Shown here: in pieces, positions 1-9,209 of the stretch
Layout of the letters: every line of letters starts with the position of its first letter
How positions within the stretch are numbered: position 1 is the stretch's first letter
Source of the DNA: Nitrosomonadales bacterium
GTDB taxonomy: Bacteria > Pseudomonadota > Gammaproteobacteria > Burkholderiales > Methylophilaceae
Length of the DNA stretch: 34,297 nt
Direction: 5' to 3'
Assembly: GCA_018657165.1 (NCBI GenBank)
Contig: JABHXS010000130.1
Span: forward strand, 1-34,297
Notes under the pieces: model-generated
The model's input: the letters and a program-made list of their open reading frames with translations, nothing else
What the model was told of the DNA's origin: nothing
Database searches by the model: none
Position numbers and translations under genes: made by a program

Positions 1-64
1 ACCTTTGAGAATTATTTACAACTCTTTCCCCATCTCTTGGATATTTTTTTTTCTCAGTGGTCAT
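1..64 (-). CDS. Partial CDS (N-terminus MTTEKKKYPRDGERVVNNSQR..., runs off the left edge), function unknown
   Basis: ATG at 64-62, 5 nt after the RND stop at 70; frame is open to position 1. Too short to identify. Confidence 0.35.
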   Translation of the reverse strand, partial: MTTEKKKYPRDGERVVNNSQR

Positions 65-69
65 TGAAT

Positions 70-3000
70 TTATTTTCCATGGGCTGCCTTATCCTTGAAT
101 AATATGGAATATAAAACAGGCACAACCGCTAAGGTAAGAAATGTTCCAACACCCAACCCATATGCAATAATATTTGCCAAGCCATAAAATAACGGGTCAT
201 GAGGTATTATTAGCGTTAATAAACCTAATGTTGTTGTTAGTGTCGTAATAATAATTGGCCTAAGTCTTTGTTGGCATGCACTAATAATTGCATCATAAAT
301 TTTCTTACCCATCTCTCTTTCTAAATCAATTCTATCAATCAAGATAATGGCATTATTTATAATAATTCCAGCTAAACTATAAAGGCCTAGTGTCCCCATA
401 AATCCAAAATTTGAGCCTGAAACCAATAAACCCAATACGGCGCCTATGAAAGACAGTGGAATGGTGATTAAAATGATTAGAGGCCGCCTGAATGAATTGA
501 ACTGAGCCACAAGAAGAATAATGATAAGACCTATTACCAAAGGAACTGAAGCGGATAGAGACTCTTGCGCCTCCTTTGATTCCCTGATAACACCATCATA
601 TTTAATTAAATGATTGGCTGGTAACCCTTCATTTAATTCATCAACAATAGGATCCAATACTTCCTTAAAGTCTTGTGCGGTCATATTCACATTCCTCACC
701 TCCACAGATACCGTCCTAAATAAATCTTTTCTAGCGATACGTGAATATTGATTTTGACCTTCAAAGTCAGCTATTTGTAATAATGGAACATTCGTATTTT
801 TACTTGATGAGTAGACATTTAATGTTCTCATCCTATCCAAATTAAATCTTTCCTCATCTTCGGCTCTAAAAAGTATTGGAATGATATTGTCCTCTTCCCG
901 AAACTGCGTAATTTCTGTGCCCTCAAAATAGGCATTTAGAGATTGTGCGATGTCAGTGGATGAAACACCCGCCCTTCTTGCCCTGACCTGATCAACTTTA
1001 ATTAAAATTTTTAAAGTTCTATTCTGCCAATCAGTCCTGATATCAGTTGCATCAGGAATTTCATAAAGCCTATCAACTAATTGTTGAGCTTTGTCATAAA
1101 TAATATCTGCATCAGGGCCAACCACCTGCAACTTAATTTCAGTCGAATCACTTGAGCCTAAAAACATTTTTTTAACTCTAAAAAACATCCCAGGAAACCT
1201 GTCATTTAAAATGCTTTCTAAGTTACCAATGGAGCTATCTTGTTTTTCTATATCGTCAATATTGATGATAATAAATCCCATATTGTCTGCAGCATCTTCT
1301 GGTGCAAGGGACAACACAAATCTCGGTCCACCGAAACCAACGTATCCTGAATAAGATTCAATATTTGGAAATAATTGTCTATCATCTAAGGACACAAAAA
1401 CTTTCTTCATTTGATCTGTCATTTCTCTTTGAGAAGCTCCTGCAGGGAGTTGGGTGTAAACTAATATTTGTGGCCTATCTGAGTCAGGGAAAAATCTTTT
1501 TGGAACTTCCTTGCTGGCAATAATTGAGAATACAAATGTAGCAAACATCATCCCTAAGAAAATGAATCTTATCTTTAAAATACCTTTTAAAAGCAAGCCA
1601 TAACCTGAAGACAGTTTGTAAAAAATACCTGAGCTTTCTTTTTCTTGACTTTTTTTCTTGTCAATCTTTACAAAGTAATAGCAAAGTATAGGCGTAAGAC
1701 AAAGCCCGGCTACCCATGAAGTCAATAAGGCCATCGCTATCACCAATGACAAGGATCTCGTATATTCTCCAGCAGCTGATTCCGCCATCATTAATGGCAT
1801 GAAAAATAAAATGGTCGTCAGTGATGAAGTGAGTAGCGGGATAGTTAATTCCTTTCCAACCCCCTTAAGCGCAGCAATTCTGGATACCCCCTTCTCAAGC
1901 CTTTGCATAAAGTCTTCAGCGACAACTATCCCGTTATCCACTAACAACCCTAAAGCAATAATGAGCGTCGCAAGGCTCATCCTTTCAAGCTCTAAATTAT
2001 AAAAATTCATTAAGGCCAATGTGATTAGCATTACAGTAGGGACAATTGAGCCAACAATAAAACCCGTTCTAAAACCCAGAAAGATAATGACTGAAAAAAG
2101 GACGATGATTAATGTCTGTAAAACATTTATGGATACGCCGCTGATTGTTGCATCAACAACCTCCGCCTGATAAGTTGCAATATCAAGTGTGTAACCAAAT
2201 GGCATCGTTTCCTGTATTTCAGATATAACCTTTAAAACTCTTGGAGAGAATTCAAGCAGGTTATAGCCTTCCAGCATAGAAATTCCAAAAACTATGGCTG
2301 GTTTACCATTAAAGTAAGCTGTTTTATTAGGTGGGTCCACATAGCCGCGCTCAATAGTTGCTATATCCCTTAGCGTTATCACAGTATCTTTATTTGTTTT
2401 GTAACCGGACTTTGTTACTGAAATTAGCGTATCCCCTAACTCTTCGATATCTTTGTAATCACCTGTTGGCTCTAAAACAAATGATCTAGCTCCAGTGTCA
2501 ACCTGACCGCCTGGCAGTATAATATTTTGCGTTTGAAGTGCCGTTGCAATCTGGCTTGGCGTTACGCCTATCTCCGCAAGCTTGGTTGATTCAATTTTTA
2601 GATAAATTCTTTCCTCTTGAATGCCAAACAAATCAATTTTTTTTGTTCCCTTGACGCCATAAAGAATATCTCTGATATGTTTTGCCATATCGTGCATATC
2701 ACTCATCCCAAAACCATCTGATGTTAATGCCATTGTGATAACAGCAACATCTCCAAACTCATCGTTAACGTTAGGGGTGGATGTTCCCTCGGGCAATTCT
2801 TTTTCTGCTTCTTTAACTTTATTTCGTAGGTTTTGCCATATCGCAGGTAAGTCAAAATATTTATCTTCAATCTTGACATGAATTATTGAGGAACCAGTTT
2901 GAGAGATCGACGTAATCATCTTGATCTCTGGAATCTTACGGATATTTTCTTCTAATTTTTTAGTAATCAGAAGTTCAATTCTTTGGGGTGACATGCCAGG

Positions 3001-3153
3001 ATAATTTGTCGTAACTATGGCTTCACGATTAGTGATTGTGGGGTCTTCTTGTGAGGGTAAAGTAAAATAACTAATCCCCCCATATATCATCAAGCTTAAA
3101 ACAATAAATATAAATATTTTTTTATACTTGAAAGCTAACTCTGAAATATTCAT
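70..3153 (-). CDS. RND efflux transporter permease (AcrB/AcrD/AcrF family)
   Basis: 1027 aa with RND topology (N-terminal TM, two large periplasmic domains, two TM bundles); TM4 GLLVDNGIVVAED; C-terminal RLRPIIITTLTT. Confidence 0.95.
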   Translation of the reverse strand: MNISELAFKYKKIFIFIVLSLMIYGGISYFTLPSQEDPTITNREAIVTTNYPGMSPQRIELLITKKLEENIRKIPEIKMITSISQTGSSIIHVKIEDKYFDLPAIWQNLRNKVKEAEKELPEGTSTPNVNDEFGDVAVITMALTSDGFGMSDMHDMAKHIRDILYGVKGTKKIDLFGIQEERIYLKIESTKLAEIGVTPSQIATALQTQNIILPGGQVDTGARSFVLEPTGDYKDIEELGDTLISVTKSGYKTNKDTVITLRDIATIERGYVDPPNKTAYFNGKPAIVFGISMLEGYNLLEFSPRVLKVISEIQETMPFGYTLDIATYQAEVVDATISGVSINVLQTLIIVLFSVIIFLGFRTGFIVGSIVPTVMLITLALMNFYNLELERMSLATLIIALGLLVDNGIVVAEDFMQRLEKGVSRIAALKGVGKELTIPLLTSSLTTILFFMPLMMAESAAGEYTRSLSLVIAMALLTSWVAGLCLTPILCYYFVKIDKKKSQEKESSGIFYKLSSGYGLLLKGILKIRFIFLGMMFATFVFSIIASKEVPKRFFPDSDRPQILVYTQLPAGASQREMTDQMKKVFVSLDDRQLFPNIESYSGYVGFGGPRFVLSLAPEDAADNMGFIIINIDDIEKQDSSIGNLESILNDRFPGMFFRVKKMFLGSSDSTEIKLQVVGPDADIIYDKAQQLVDRLYEIPDATDIRTDWQNRTLKILIKVDQVRARRAGVSSTDIAQSLNAYFEGTEITQFREEDNIIPILFRAEDEERFNLDRMRTLNVYSSSKNTNVPLLQIADFEGQNQYSRIARKDLFRTVSVEVRNVNMTAQDFKEVLDPIVDELNEGLPANHLIKYDGVIRESKEAQESLSASVPLVIGLIIILLVAQFNSFRRPLIILITIPLSFIGAVLGLLVSGSNFGFMGTLGLYSLAGIIINNAIILIDRIDLEREMGKKIYDAIISACQQRLRPIIITTLTTTLGLLTLIIPHDPLFYGLANIIAYGLGVGTFLTLAVVPVLYSILFKDKAAHGK

Positions 3154-3166
3154 TAAAGAATTAACC

Positions 3167-4219
3167 TCAATTAAAGTTAAATATTTGTACGTCTTGTTCT
3201 TGTAGGATCACTTCTTGATTCTCCCTTAGATAAGGAATACCTGCCACCGCAATAATATCTCCTGACTTAATATCCCCTTTTACATAAACATCATTATTTG
3301 TAATGTTTAATGGCTTGACCATAACTTTTTTAAGTCTGCTTGAATTTGAGTCAAAAACATAAACAAAGCTTGTATTGCCCTCACCGACACCTAGCGCTGA
3401 ATTAGGGATTAAAATACTCTCTTCTACGTCCTCATTAAAGACAAATAAGACCTCCGCTGTCATGCCCGCCCGAAGCTCATCAGACTGCTCAATGAGGTAT
3501 AAAACGACTGGGAATGCATTTGCTCTCGTTGCCTGGGTTCCAATTTCTTTGAGAATCGCATCTAACTTAAAATTTTTCACTGCGGGAAAAGTGACAGAAT
3601 ATACTTTGTCTTGTATTAATTTTTTAATTAAAGTCTCTGGAACCAATACTGAGACCTCAAGCCCCTCCCCACCATCAATTTTAAAAATCGTTTCACCAAT
3701 AGAAATTTGTTGTGCGGGGTCGACATCACGAAATGTAATAATTCCATCATAAGGAGCCCTGAGTACTGCGTCTTCCAAGCCCTTTTTATTTATTGCCAAA
3801 TTAGAAGCTGCAATATCTAATTCCGTTTTTGCATCTGCCACATCCTGTTGGGAGACCGCCTTGCTCTTACGAGCCTCTTTCATACGATTGTAGTAAGACT
3901 CCTTATTAACGAAATCCGCTTTTGCGGAAAGGTAAAGGCTCTTTGCGTCTCGCTGATTTAATCTAGCCAGCACTTGTCCTTTTTTAACCACACTGCCTAA
4001 ATCAACATTTACATCGTTGACATACCCACCATTATTAAAGCTTAGTGAGGCCCCTACCCTAGGATCGAGCTGCCCAGATAATCTTCTTGTTTGCTCTACG
4101 CTTGATATGCTAACTTCCATCCACGCAATTTTTGGTATCGGGAGCTCTTTAACTGGCTCATCCTTGCTACACGATGCAATAAAAAAACTTAAAACTATCA
4201 AATAAATTATATTTTTCAT
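3167..4219 (-). CDS. RND periplasmic adaptor (membrane fusion protein), lipoprotein
   Basis: 350 aa; lipobox FIAS-C; lipoyl half-motifs GSVVKKGQVLARL and LRAPYDGII; LRAGMTAEV; lies between OMF and RND genes. Confidence 0.93.
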   Translation of the reverse strand: MKNIIYLIVLSFFIASCSKDEPVKELPIPKIAWMEVSISSVEQTRRLSGQLDPRVGASLSFNNGGYVNDVNVDLGSVVKKGQVLARLNQRDAKSLYLSAKADFVNKESYYNRMKEARKSKAVSQQDVADAKTELDIAASNLAINKKGLEDAVLRAPYDGIITFRDVDPAQQISIGETIFKIDGGEGLEVSVLVPETLIKKLIQDKVYSVTFPAVKNFKLDAILKEIGTQATRANAFPVVLYLIEQSDELRAGMTAEVLFVFNEDVEESILIPNSALGVGEGNTSFVYVFDSNSSRLKKVMVKPLNITNNDVYVKGDIKSGDIIAVAGIPYLRENQEVILQEQDVQIFNFN

Positions 4220-4231
4220 TAAGGTTATCTC

Positions 4232-5695
4232 TTAAACTTTATTGCTTATATCTTTTGTTGGAATTTCTGTTTCGTCCCAACCCCCACCCATTGCTTTATA
4301 TAATTGAATTATGTACTGAACTAAATTGCCATTACTTTGAGCAAGCTCATCTTCTTGAAAAAAGATTACCCTCTCGGCATCTTGGACCTCTTGAAAATCA
4401 ATTAAACCTGATGTATATCTCGCAAGCGTAATCTTGTTCACTTTTTTTGCTGCACTAACAGACTCCTTCAGTGAATTATTCCTTTGCTTTTCCTCTTTGT
4501 AAGATTTAATCGCATTCTCAACCTCTTCAAATGCTACCAAAACAGTCTTTTCATAGTGTACACGAGCTTGCTCAAGTTGTGCGTCTTGAACCTTAATTGC
4601 GCTTTTTAATGCTCCCGAGTCAAATAAATTCCATCTAAAATTTGGGCCGAATGACCAGTATCTTGAATTTGAACTAAGTTGGCTATCCGATCCCCTTGCA
4701 TCGTAACCGAAGGTGCCATTTAAATGGAATCTTGGGTATTCTTCCGCTGTTGCAATACCGACCTCTGCCGTTTCTTGTGCTAACCTTCTCTCCGCCTCCC
4801 TTATATCAGGTCGCTGTCTTAAAATTTCCCTAGGGACCTTAACAACAGTTTTTTCAGGGACATGTGGGATACCGTGACTTTCTTTTAACTCCATATAAAG
4901 GGTTCCAGGATTTTTCCCTAGAAGAACCGCAAGGCTATTAGATAATTTATTTATTTGGGCATGAAAAAGGGGGGTGTTCGATTGTGCAGCCGCTAGATTT
5001 TGTTCCGATTGTAAAACATCAACCTCCGAAACAAGTTCAGCTTCATGCCGTGCATTTACAATTATTAAGGTATCTTTTTGAGATTTCACATTCTCTAGCG
5101 CAAACTGGAGCCGCTCTTGAGAGGTTCTTAAGGCGATATAATTCTTGGCTATTTCAGCATACAGAATGACCATTACGTCCCGATAACTCTCAACGGTTGC
5201 GTCTAGTTGAGCATCTGCCGCCTCAATTGACCTCCTCACATAACCAAAAATATCAATCTCCCAGCTTAAATCAAGCCCTATTGAAGTATAGTTGTCTGTG
5301 TCTTTTCTCCCTGAAGCTGATTGGCTTTTACTCTTTCTTGCCACATCTCCGACCGCATCAATTTCTGGCAATTTGGCAGCCTCAACAATCCCAAAATTTG
5401 CCCTTGCTTCTTCCACTCTTGAAAGGGCAATTTTTGCATCTAAATTATCAACAGCAGCCTTACTAATTAAGTTATTTAAAACCGGATCATCTAACAGCCT
5501 CCACCATTGTTTTTGGTTGTTAGCGTCCTCAACAGATTCACTATTTAATTGATTATTCCAATTATCAGGGATTTCTATTTCAGGGGAGCCTTCATAATCT
5601 GGACCAACCGCCTTACAAGAGACTAAAAGCAGAGCTATTACGGTTTGACAGAATGCTTTAGAGCAAGCATTAGAAATAATTTTATTCATTAACAT
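4232..5695 (-). CDS. Outer membrane factor lipoprotein (NodT/OprM family)
   Basis: 487 aa; LVS-C lipobox then VGPDY; WW..L.DP.LN.LI, LSWEIDIFG, RPDIREAE and C-terminal LYKAMGGGW. Start may be ATG at 5689. Confidence 0.93.
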   Translation of the reverse strand: MLMNKIISNACSKAFCQTVIALLLVSCKAVGPDYEGSPEIEIPDNWNNQLNSESVEDANNQKQWWRLLDDPVLNNLISKAAVDNLDAKIALSRVEEARANFGIVEAAKLPEIDAVGDVARKSKSQSASGRKDTDNYTSIGLDLSWEIDIFGYVRRSIEAADAQLDATVESYRDVMVILYAEIAKNYIALRTSQERLQFALENVKSQKDTLIIVNARHEAELVSEVDVLQSEQNLAAAQSNTPLFHAQINKLSNSLAVLLGKNPGTLYMELKESHGIPHVPEKTVVKVPREILRQRPDIREAERRLAQETAEVGIATAEEYPRFHLNGTFGYDARGSDSQLSSNSRYWSFGPNFRWNLFDSGALKSAIKVQDAQLEQARVHYEKTVLVAFEEVENAIKSYKEEKQRNNSLKESVSAAKKVNKITLARYTSGLIDFQEVQDAERVIFFQEDELAQSNGNLVQYIIQLYKAMGGGWDETEIPTKDISNKV

Positions 5696-5804
5696 ATTGA
5701 ATAAAAATTATACCTAAATTAAATAGGCTTAGAAAAAATATAAATTATATTTTTTTCAGGTGTGCTAGTAAAAATTATTACTTTTATAGCCAAGAATACC
5801 AATT

Positions 5805-5841
5805 AAAAAAAGGAGCACTCAGATCTGCAACTGAGCACCCC
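5805..5841 (-). terminator. Rho-independent terminator after ompW
   Basis: Minus strand GGGGUGCUCAG-(8-nt loop)-CUGAGUGCUCC, an 11-bp stem with three G-U pairs, followed by U7. Confidence 0.8.
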
Positions 5842-5888
5842 TTCCCCAGCTACAAAAGAATAGTCCAGGAGACGACTTTTTTTAGCTG
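5805..5888 (-). ncRNA. Candidate 3'UTR-derived sRNA with anti-SD loop (GUCUCCUG) plus terminator
   Basis: Hairpin with outer arms CAGCTA (5847-5852)/TAGCTG (5883-5888) and inner arms AGTC (5862-5865)/GACT (5874-5877) presents GUCUCCUG on the minus strand, directly before the terminator. Confidence 0.4.
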
Positions 5889-5891
5889 TAA

Positions 5892-6578
5892 CTAGAACCT
5901 CATACCAACACCTACACTCACAATCCATGGGTTGATATCTAACTCATCTATTAGGTCATCGCCAGTCGTAACGTCAGCTTTTATCCAAGATCTTTTAACA
6001 TCTACATTTAAAAGGTATGTGTCATCTATATTAAAATCAAATCCAGCTTGGATGGTTGGTCCAAAGTTGTTTCTTTCAACGTGAATGGGTAAATTATTTG
6101 TACAACATAGGTCCAGACGATTATCCATAACTCTTGCATAAGTTGCTCCTACTCCTAAATACGGATCGAATGATTCATCAGGGTTAAAATGCCATTGGAT
6201 TGTTAATGTCGGCGGTAAGATATTAATGCTACCAAGATCGGCATTATTTGAGCTTGTAATTGGTTTAATTTTTACATCATGTCTTGTACCTAGTGCCAAA
6301 ATAAGCTCCGCCGCAATATTGTCAGTAAGATAATATGAAAAATCTATTTCTGGAATTACATTTGAGTTAACATCCAACTTAGCATCTGATGTCCCGTAAA
6401 GCGCGGCAGCTAATCCAGTTGATTCTTGAGTCTGTGCATACAAATTACTTTGCTCATCAGCAATAACTGCTGTTGCCCTTAGTCTCACGACAACATCGCC
6501 CTCCTTTGCAATTGCAAGACTGGCAAAGAAAAACAAAATTAAAATAGAACAACACGAACCTAAGAGTATTTTTTTCAT
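5892..6578 (-). CDS. ompW: Outer membrane protein OmpW
   Basis: Signal peptide ending A-I-A; PEIDFSYYLTDNIAAELIL, LPPTLTIQWHF, PYLGVG, DVK and C-terminal INPWIVSVGVGMRF. ATG 6578 preferred; the track uses GTG 6590. Confidence 0.93.
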   Translation of the reverse strand: MKKILLGSCCSILILFFFASLAIAKEGDVVVRLRATAVIADEQSNLYAQTQESTGLAAALYGTSDAKLDVNSNVIPEIDFSYYLTDNIAAELILALGTRHDVKIKPITSSNNADLGSINILPPTLTIQWHFNPDESFDPYLGVGATYARVMDNRLDLCCTNNLPIHVERNNFGPTIQAGFDFNIDDTYLLNVDVKRSWIKADVTTGDDLIDELDINPWIVSVGVGMRF

Positions 6579-6640
6579 AAACACCTTCACTTAAAAGTTA
6601 ATATATTTAAGCATTATTTATTATTATTAAAATGAGTGTT

Positions 6641-6654
6641 TTGATTTAAATCAA
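6641..6654. promoter_or_regulatory. FNR box upstream of ompW
   Basis: TTGATTTAAATCAA, perfect palindrome; minus-strand AATAAT at 6618-6613 places the box centre at -41.5. Confidence 0.88.
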
Positions 6655-6671
6655 ATATTTTAAAACTTTGT

Positions 6672-6803
6672 CTACTCAAGGATTCTTCGAGCTTCTTTAT
6701 CCAATTTTTCGTATTGATTAGAAAAAATTGCCCATCTTAAAAAGATCAAGACTGCAAAATTTAAAATGATTGAAATTGGAACTAAGATGAATAAGATTTC
6801 CAT
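6672..6803 (-). CDS. ccoS: cbb3 oxidase maturation protein CcoS/FixS (43 aa, not in ORF track)
   Basis: Manual translation MEILFILVPISIILNFAVLIFLRWAIFSNQYEKLDKEARRILE; TM helix plus WA...QY..LD..A.RIL signature; 7 nt after the ccoI stop with GGAAGG SD. Confidence 0.92.
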   Translation of the reverse strand: MEILFILVPISIILNFAVLIFLRWAIFSNQYEKLDKEARRILE

Positions 6804-6810
6804 ACCTTCC

Positions 6811-9066
6811 TCATTGATTTAGTCTATATGAATTGATAGCCACGATACATGAGCTAAAAGTCATACCTAAGCCCGCTATCCATGGCTCAATATATCCAAA
6901 AAAAGCAAATGGAATCATGACTAAATTATAAAAAAGGGCCCAACAAATATTTTGCCTAATAACAGTTAATGTTTTTTTACTAAAGCTTATTAAAAACTTA
7001 ATTAAATAAATATCATTGGAAATAATAATAAAATCTGATTTTGTTTGGACTATTGACGGAGATGCTCCCATAGCCACTGATACATCTGACTGAGCCAATG
7101 CGGGGCCGTCATTAAATCCATCACCGACCATCATCACCCTAGCTCTATTTTTTTGAGCATCTATTATTTTTTGATGTTTCTTTTTTGGAGTCATTGCCCA
7201 AAAGAATTTTTTTATCCCCACCCTTTTCGCTACATCAATAACAGCATCCTTTTGATCTCCTGAAAGTATAATTGATTCAATACTGCTACGTGAAAAACTA
7301 GCTACGATTTCTTTTACTTTTTTTCTTAACATTTCCTTAAAGCTAAATGAAGCTACCCACTGACCATCAAATGTCAAATGAACTTGACATAGATTTACAT
7401 GGCTTGGAAACTCATTTGAATCAATTCCACAGAATATTGCGGACCCTAATTTGAGTTTTCCATATGTTTCTGAAAAAGCCTCGATTCCCTTCCCTGAAAT
7501 TTCTTTCAAATCACTTAATTCAACTTCATTACTTTTATCCCCAAACTTCTCTTTTAATGAATTAGAAAATGGATGTAAAGAGTCTTTTGTGATTTGGAAA
7601 ATAATTTTTTTAATAAGGGAATGATTATATGAGTGACTCAAATACGATTGAGCTATCGAAGGATTGCTATCTGTAAGCGTTCCCGTTTTATCCAGAAAGA
7701 GTAAATTTATTTTTGCTAAACTTTCAAATGCCGAAAGGTTTCTTATGTAAATTCCTTTTTTTGCAAGCTTATTGGCCGCCGCACTCATTGCAATCGGCGT
7801 TGACAAATATAATGCGCAAGGACATGTCACAATCAAAACGGAAATCATGGCATTAATTGCCATTTGTTGATTTATAGGCGACCAAATTACATATGAACAA
7901 ATAGATAAAAAAATAATTGCCAGTAAAAAAGGTTGGGCAAACTTATCAATCATTTTAACAAATGCTGGCTTTGTGTATTGACTGTCTTCTATTATTTTTT
8001 TTATTTTACTAATATAAGAAGTGTTGCGTAGGCGCTCAACTTTATAATAAATTACACCATCAATATTTATTCCACCCGCAAAAAGATAATTGCCTATCCT
8101 TACAGCTTCTGGAGTAGATTCTCCCGTCATAAACATATTATTTAAATGAGAAGAACCATGAACTATTACCCCATCAAAGTTAATTGTTTCACCAGGTAGA
8201 ACCTGAATCAAATCCCCCACTCTGATTTGATTTAAACCTACTATAGAAATTCTTGGTTTCTTAAAATTTTTATTTTTTACCTTTCTCGATGATTCGGGAA
8301 GTTTTTTAAAGAAATTTGTAAAAGTAATCCATGATTTTGTTTTTATCTTGTGATCTAAATAGCGGCTTGATAGAAGCAAAAAAATAAACATGCTGATCGA
8401 GTCATAGTACACCTTTCCATTGAAAAGGTTTGAGGGGTTTATTGTGCCCATCACGCTAAATAAAAACATTAGGATGATTCCAAGGGAGATGGGTAGGTCC
8501 ATATTTATAGCTTTATTCTTTAAGCCACTATAAGCATTATGGAAAAAAATTTTTCCAGAAAATATGATTACTGGAATTATTAAAATAAATGAACCCCAAT
8601 CAAACAAGCTTTTTAAATTATGATCCAAACCATTTTCACCGCTTAAATATGACGGCATTGAGAACATCATGATTTGAAAGAAACATATAAGTGATACAGA
8701 CCAATTCCATAACATTTGCTTAGATTTTAGTTGCTCACTTATTAGCTGTTTATCGCCTCCAGACAAAAAAGCTTTAAAGCCTAATTTATGAATTATCTCC
8801 ACCAACATAGGCAACTTAACTAAATTATTATTCCATTCGATAATCGTATGGTTTGATGTTAGATGAACATTTACCTTATTTAATCCCTTTATTTTATGCA
8901 GGCTATTTTCAATCCTTGAGACACATGACATACAATGAATACCCTCAATAATTAGCTCCACTCTCCAATTATCATTATTTAGATTTTCACAAAATTCAGA
9001 AAGGTCTGATGTATTTTTTAAGAAGCTCCAACTCATATAACAAAATTTAATTTCATTTAAATACAC
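6811..9066 (-). CDS. ccoI: Cu(I)-translocating P1B-type ATPase CcoI/FixI
   Basis: HMA motif GIHCMSC, TGES, TCPCAL, DKTGTLT, HP, GDGFNDGP, YN and MTFSS TM motifs; next to ccoS and ccoN. Start is GTG 9066 or ATG 9036. Confidence 0.9.
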   Translation of the reverse strand: MYLNEIKFCYMSWSFLKNTSDLSEFCENLNNDNWRVELIIEGIHCMSCVSRIENSLHKIKGLNKVNVHLTSNHTIIEWNNNLVKLPMLVEIIHKLGFKAFLSGGDKQLISEQLKSKQMLWNWSVSLICFFQIMMFSMPSYLSGENGLDHNLKSLFDWGSFILIIPVIIFSGKIFFHNAYSGLKNKAINMDLPISLGIILMFLFSVMGTINPSNLFNGKVYYDSISMFIFLLLSSRYLDHKIKTKSWITFTNFFKKLPESSRKVKNKNFKKPRISIVGLNQIRVGDLIQVLPGETINFDGVIVHGSSHLNNMFMTGESTPEAVRIGNYLFAGGINIDGVIYYKVERLRNTSYISKIKKIIEDSQYTKPAFVKMIDKFAQPFLLAIIFLSICSYVIWSPINQQMAINAMISVLIVTCPCALYLSTPIAMSAAANKLAKKGIYIRNLSAFESLAKINLLFLDKTGTLTDSNPSIAQSYLSHSYNHSLIKKIIFQITKDSLHPFSNSLKEKFGDKSNEVELSDLKEISGKGIEAFSETYGKLKLGSAIFCGIDSNEFPSHVNLCQVHLTFDGQWVASFSFKEMLRKKVKEIVASFSRSSIESIILSGDQKDAVIDVAKRVGIKKFFWAMTPKKKHQKIIDAQKNRARVMMVGDGFNDGPALAQSDVSVAMGASPSIVQTKSDFIIISNDIYLIKFLISFSKKTLTVIRQNICWALFYNLVMIPFAFFGYIEPWIAGLGMTFSSCIVAINSYRLNQ

Positions 9067-9097
9067 CCATAATTTTAAAACTTCTTACATTTCATTT

Positions 9098-9111
9098 TTG
9101 ATTTAAAGTCA
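9098..9111. promoter_or_regulatory. Possible degenerate second FNR site near the ccoI promoter
   Basis: TTGATTTAAAGTCA has one perfect half-site; a TAAAAT -10 candidate lies at 9077-9072 on the minus strand. Confidence 0.3.
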
Positions 9112-9138
9112 CCATAAATTATTTCAAATATTAAAGAT

Positions 9139-9152
9139 TTGATTTAAATCAA
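9139..9152. promoter_or_regulatory. FNR box in the ccoI/ccoN divergent region
   Basis: TTGATTTAAATCAA perfect; CATATT -10 candidate at 9174-9179 gives about -40.5 spacing for ccoN. Confidence 0.9.
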
Positions 9153-9209
9153 AAAATAATTTCTTGTTTGAGGCATATTTAGGCTAATTAATATATCTAA
9201 GAAAGAAAT

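Noticed and set aside
5733-5755. Inverted repeat AAAAAATATAA-A-TTATATTTTTT upstream of the OMF gene as an operator
   Set aside because: Pure A/T sequence in an AT-rich spacer, likely by chance; no cognate regulator nearby.
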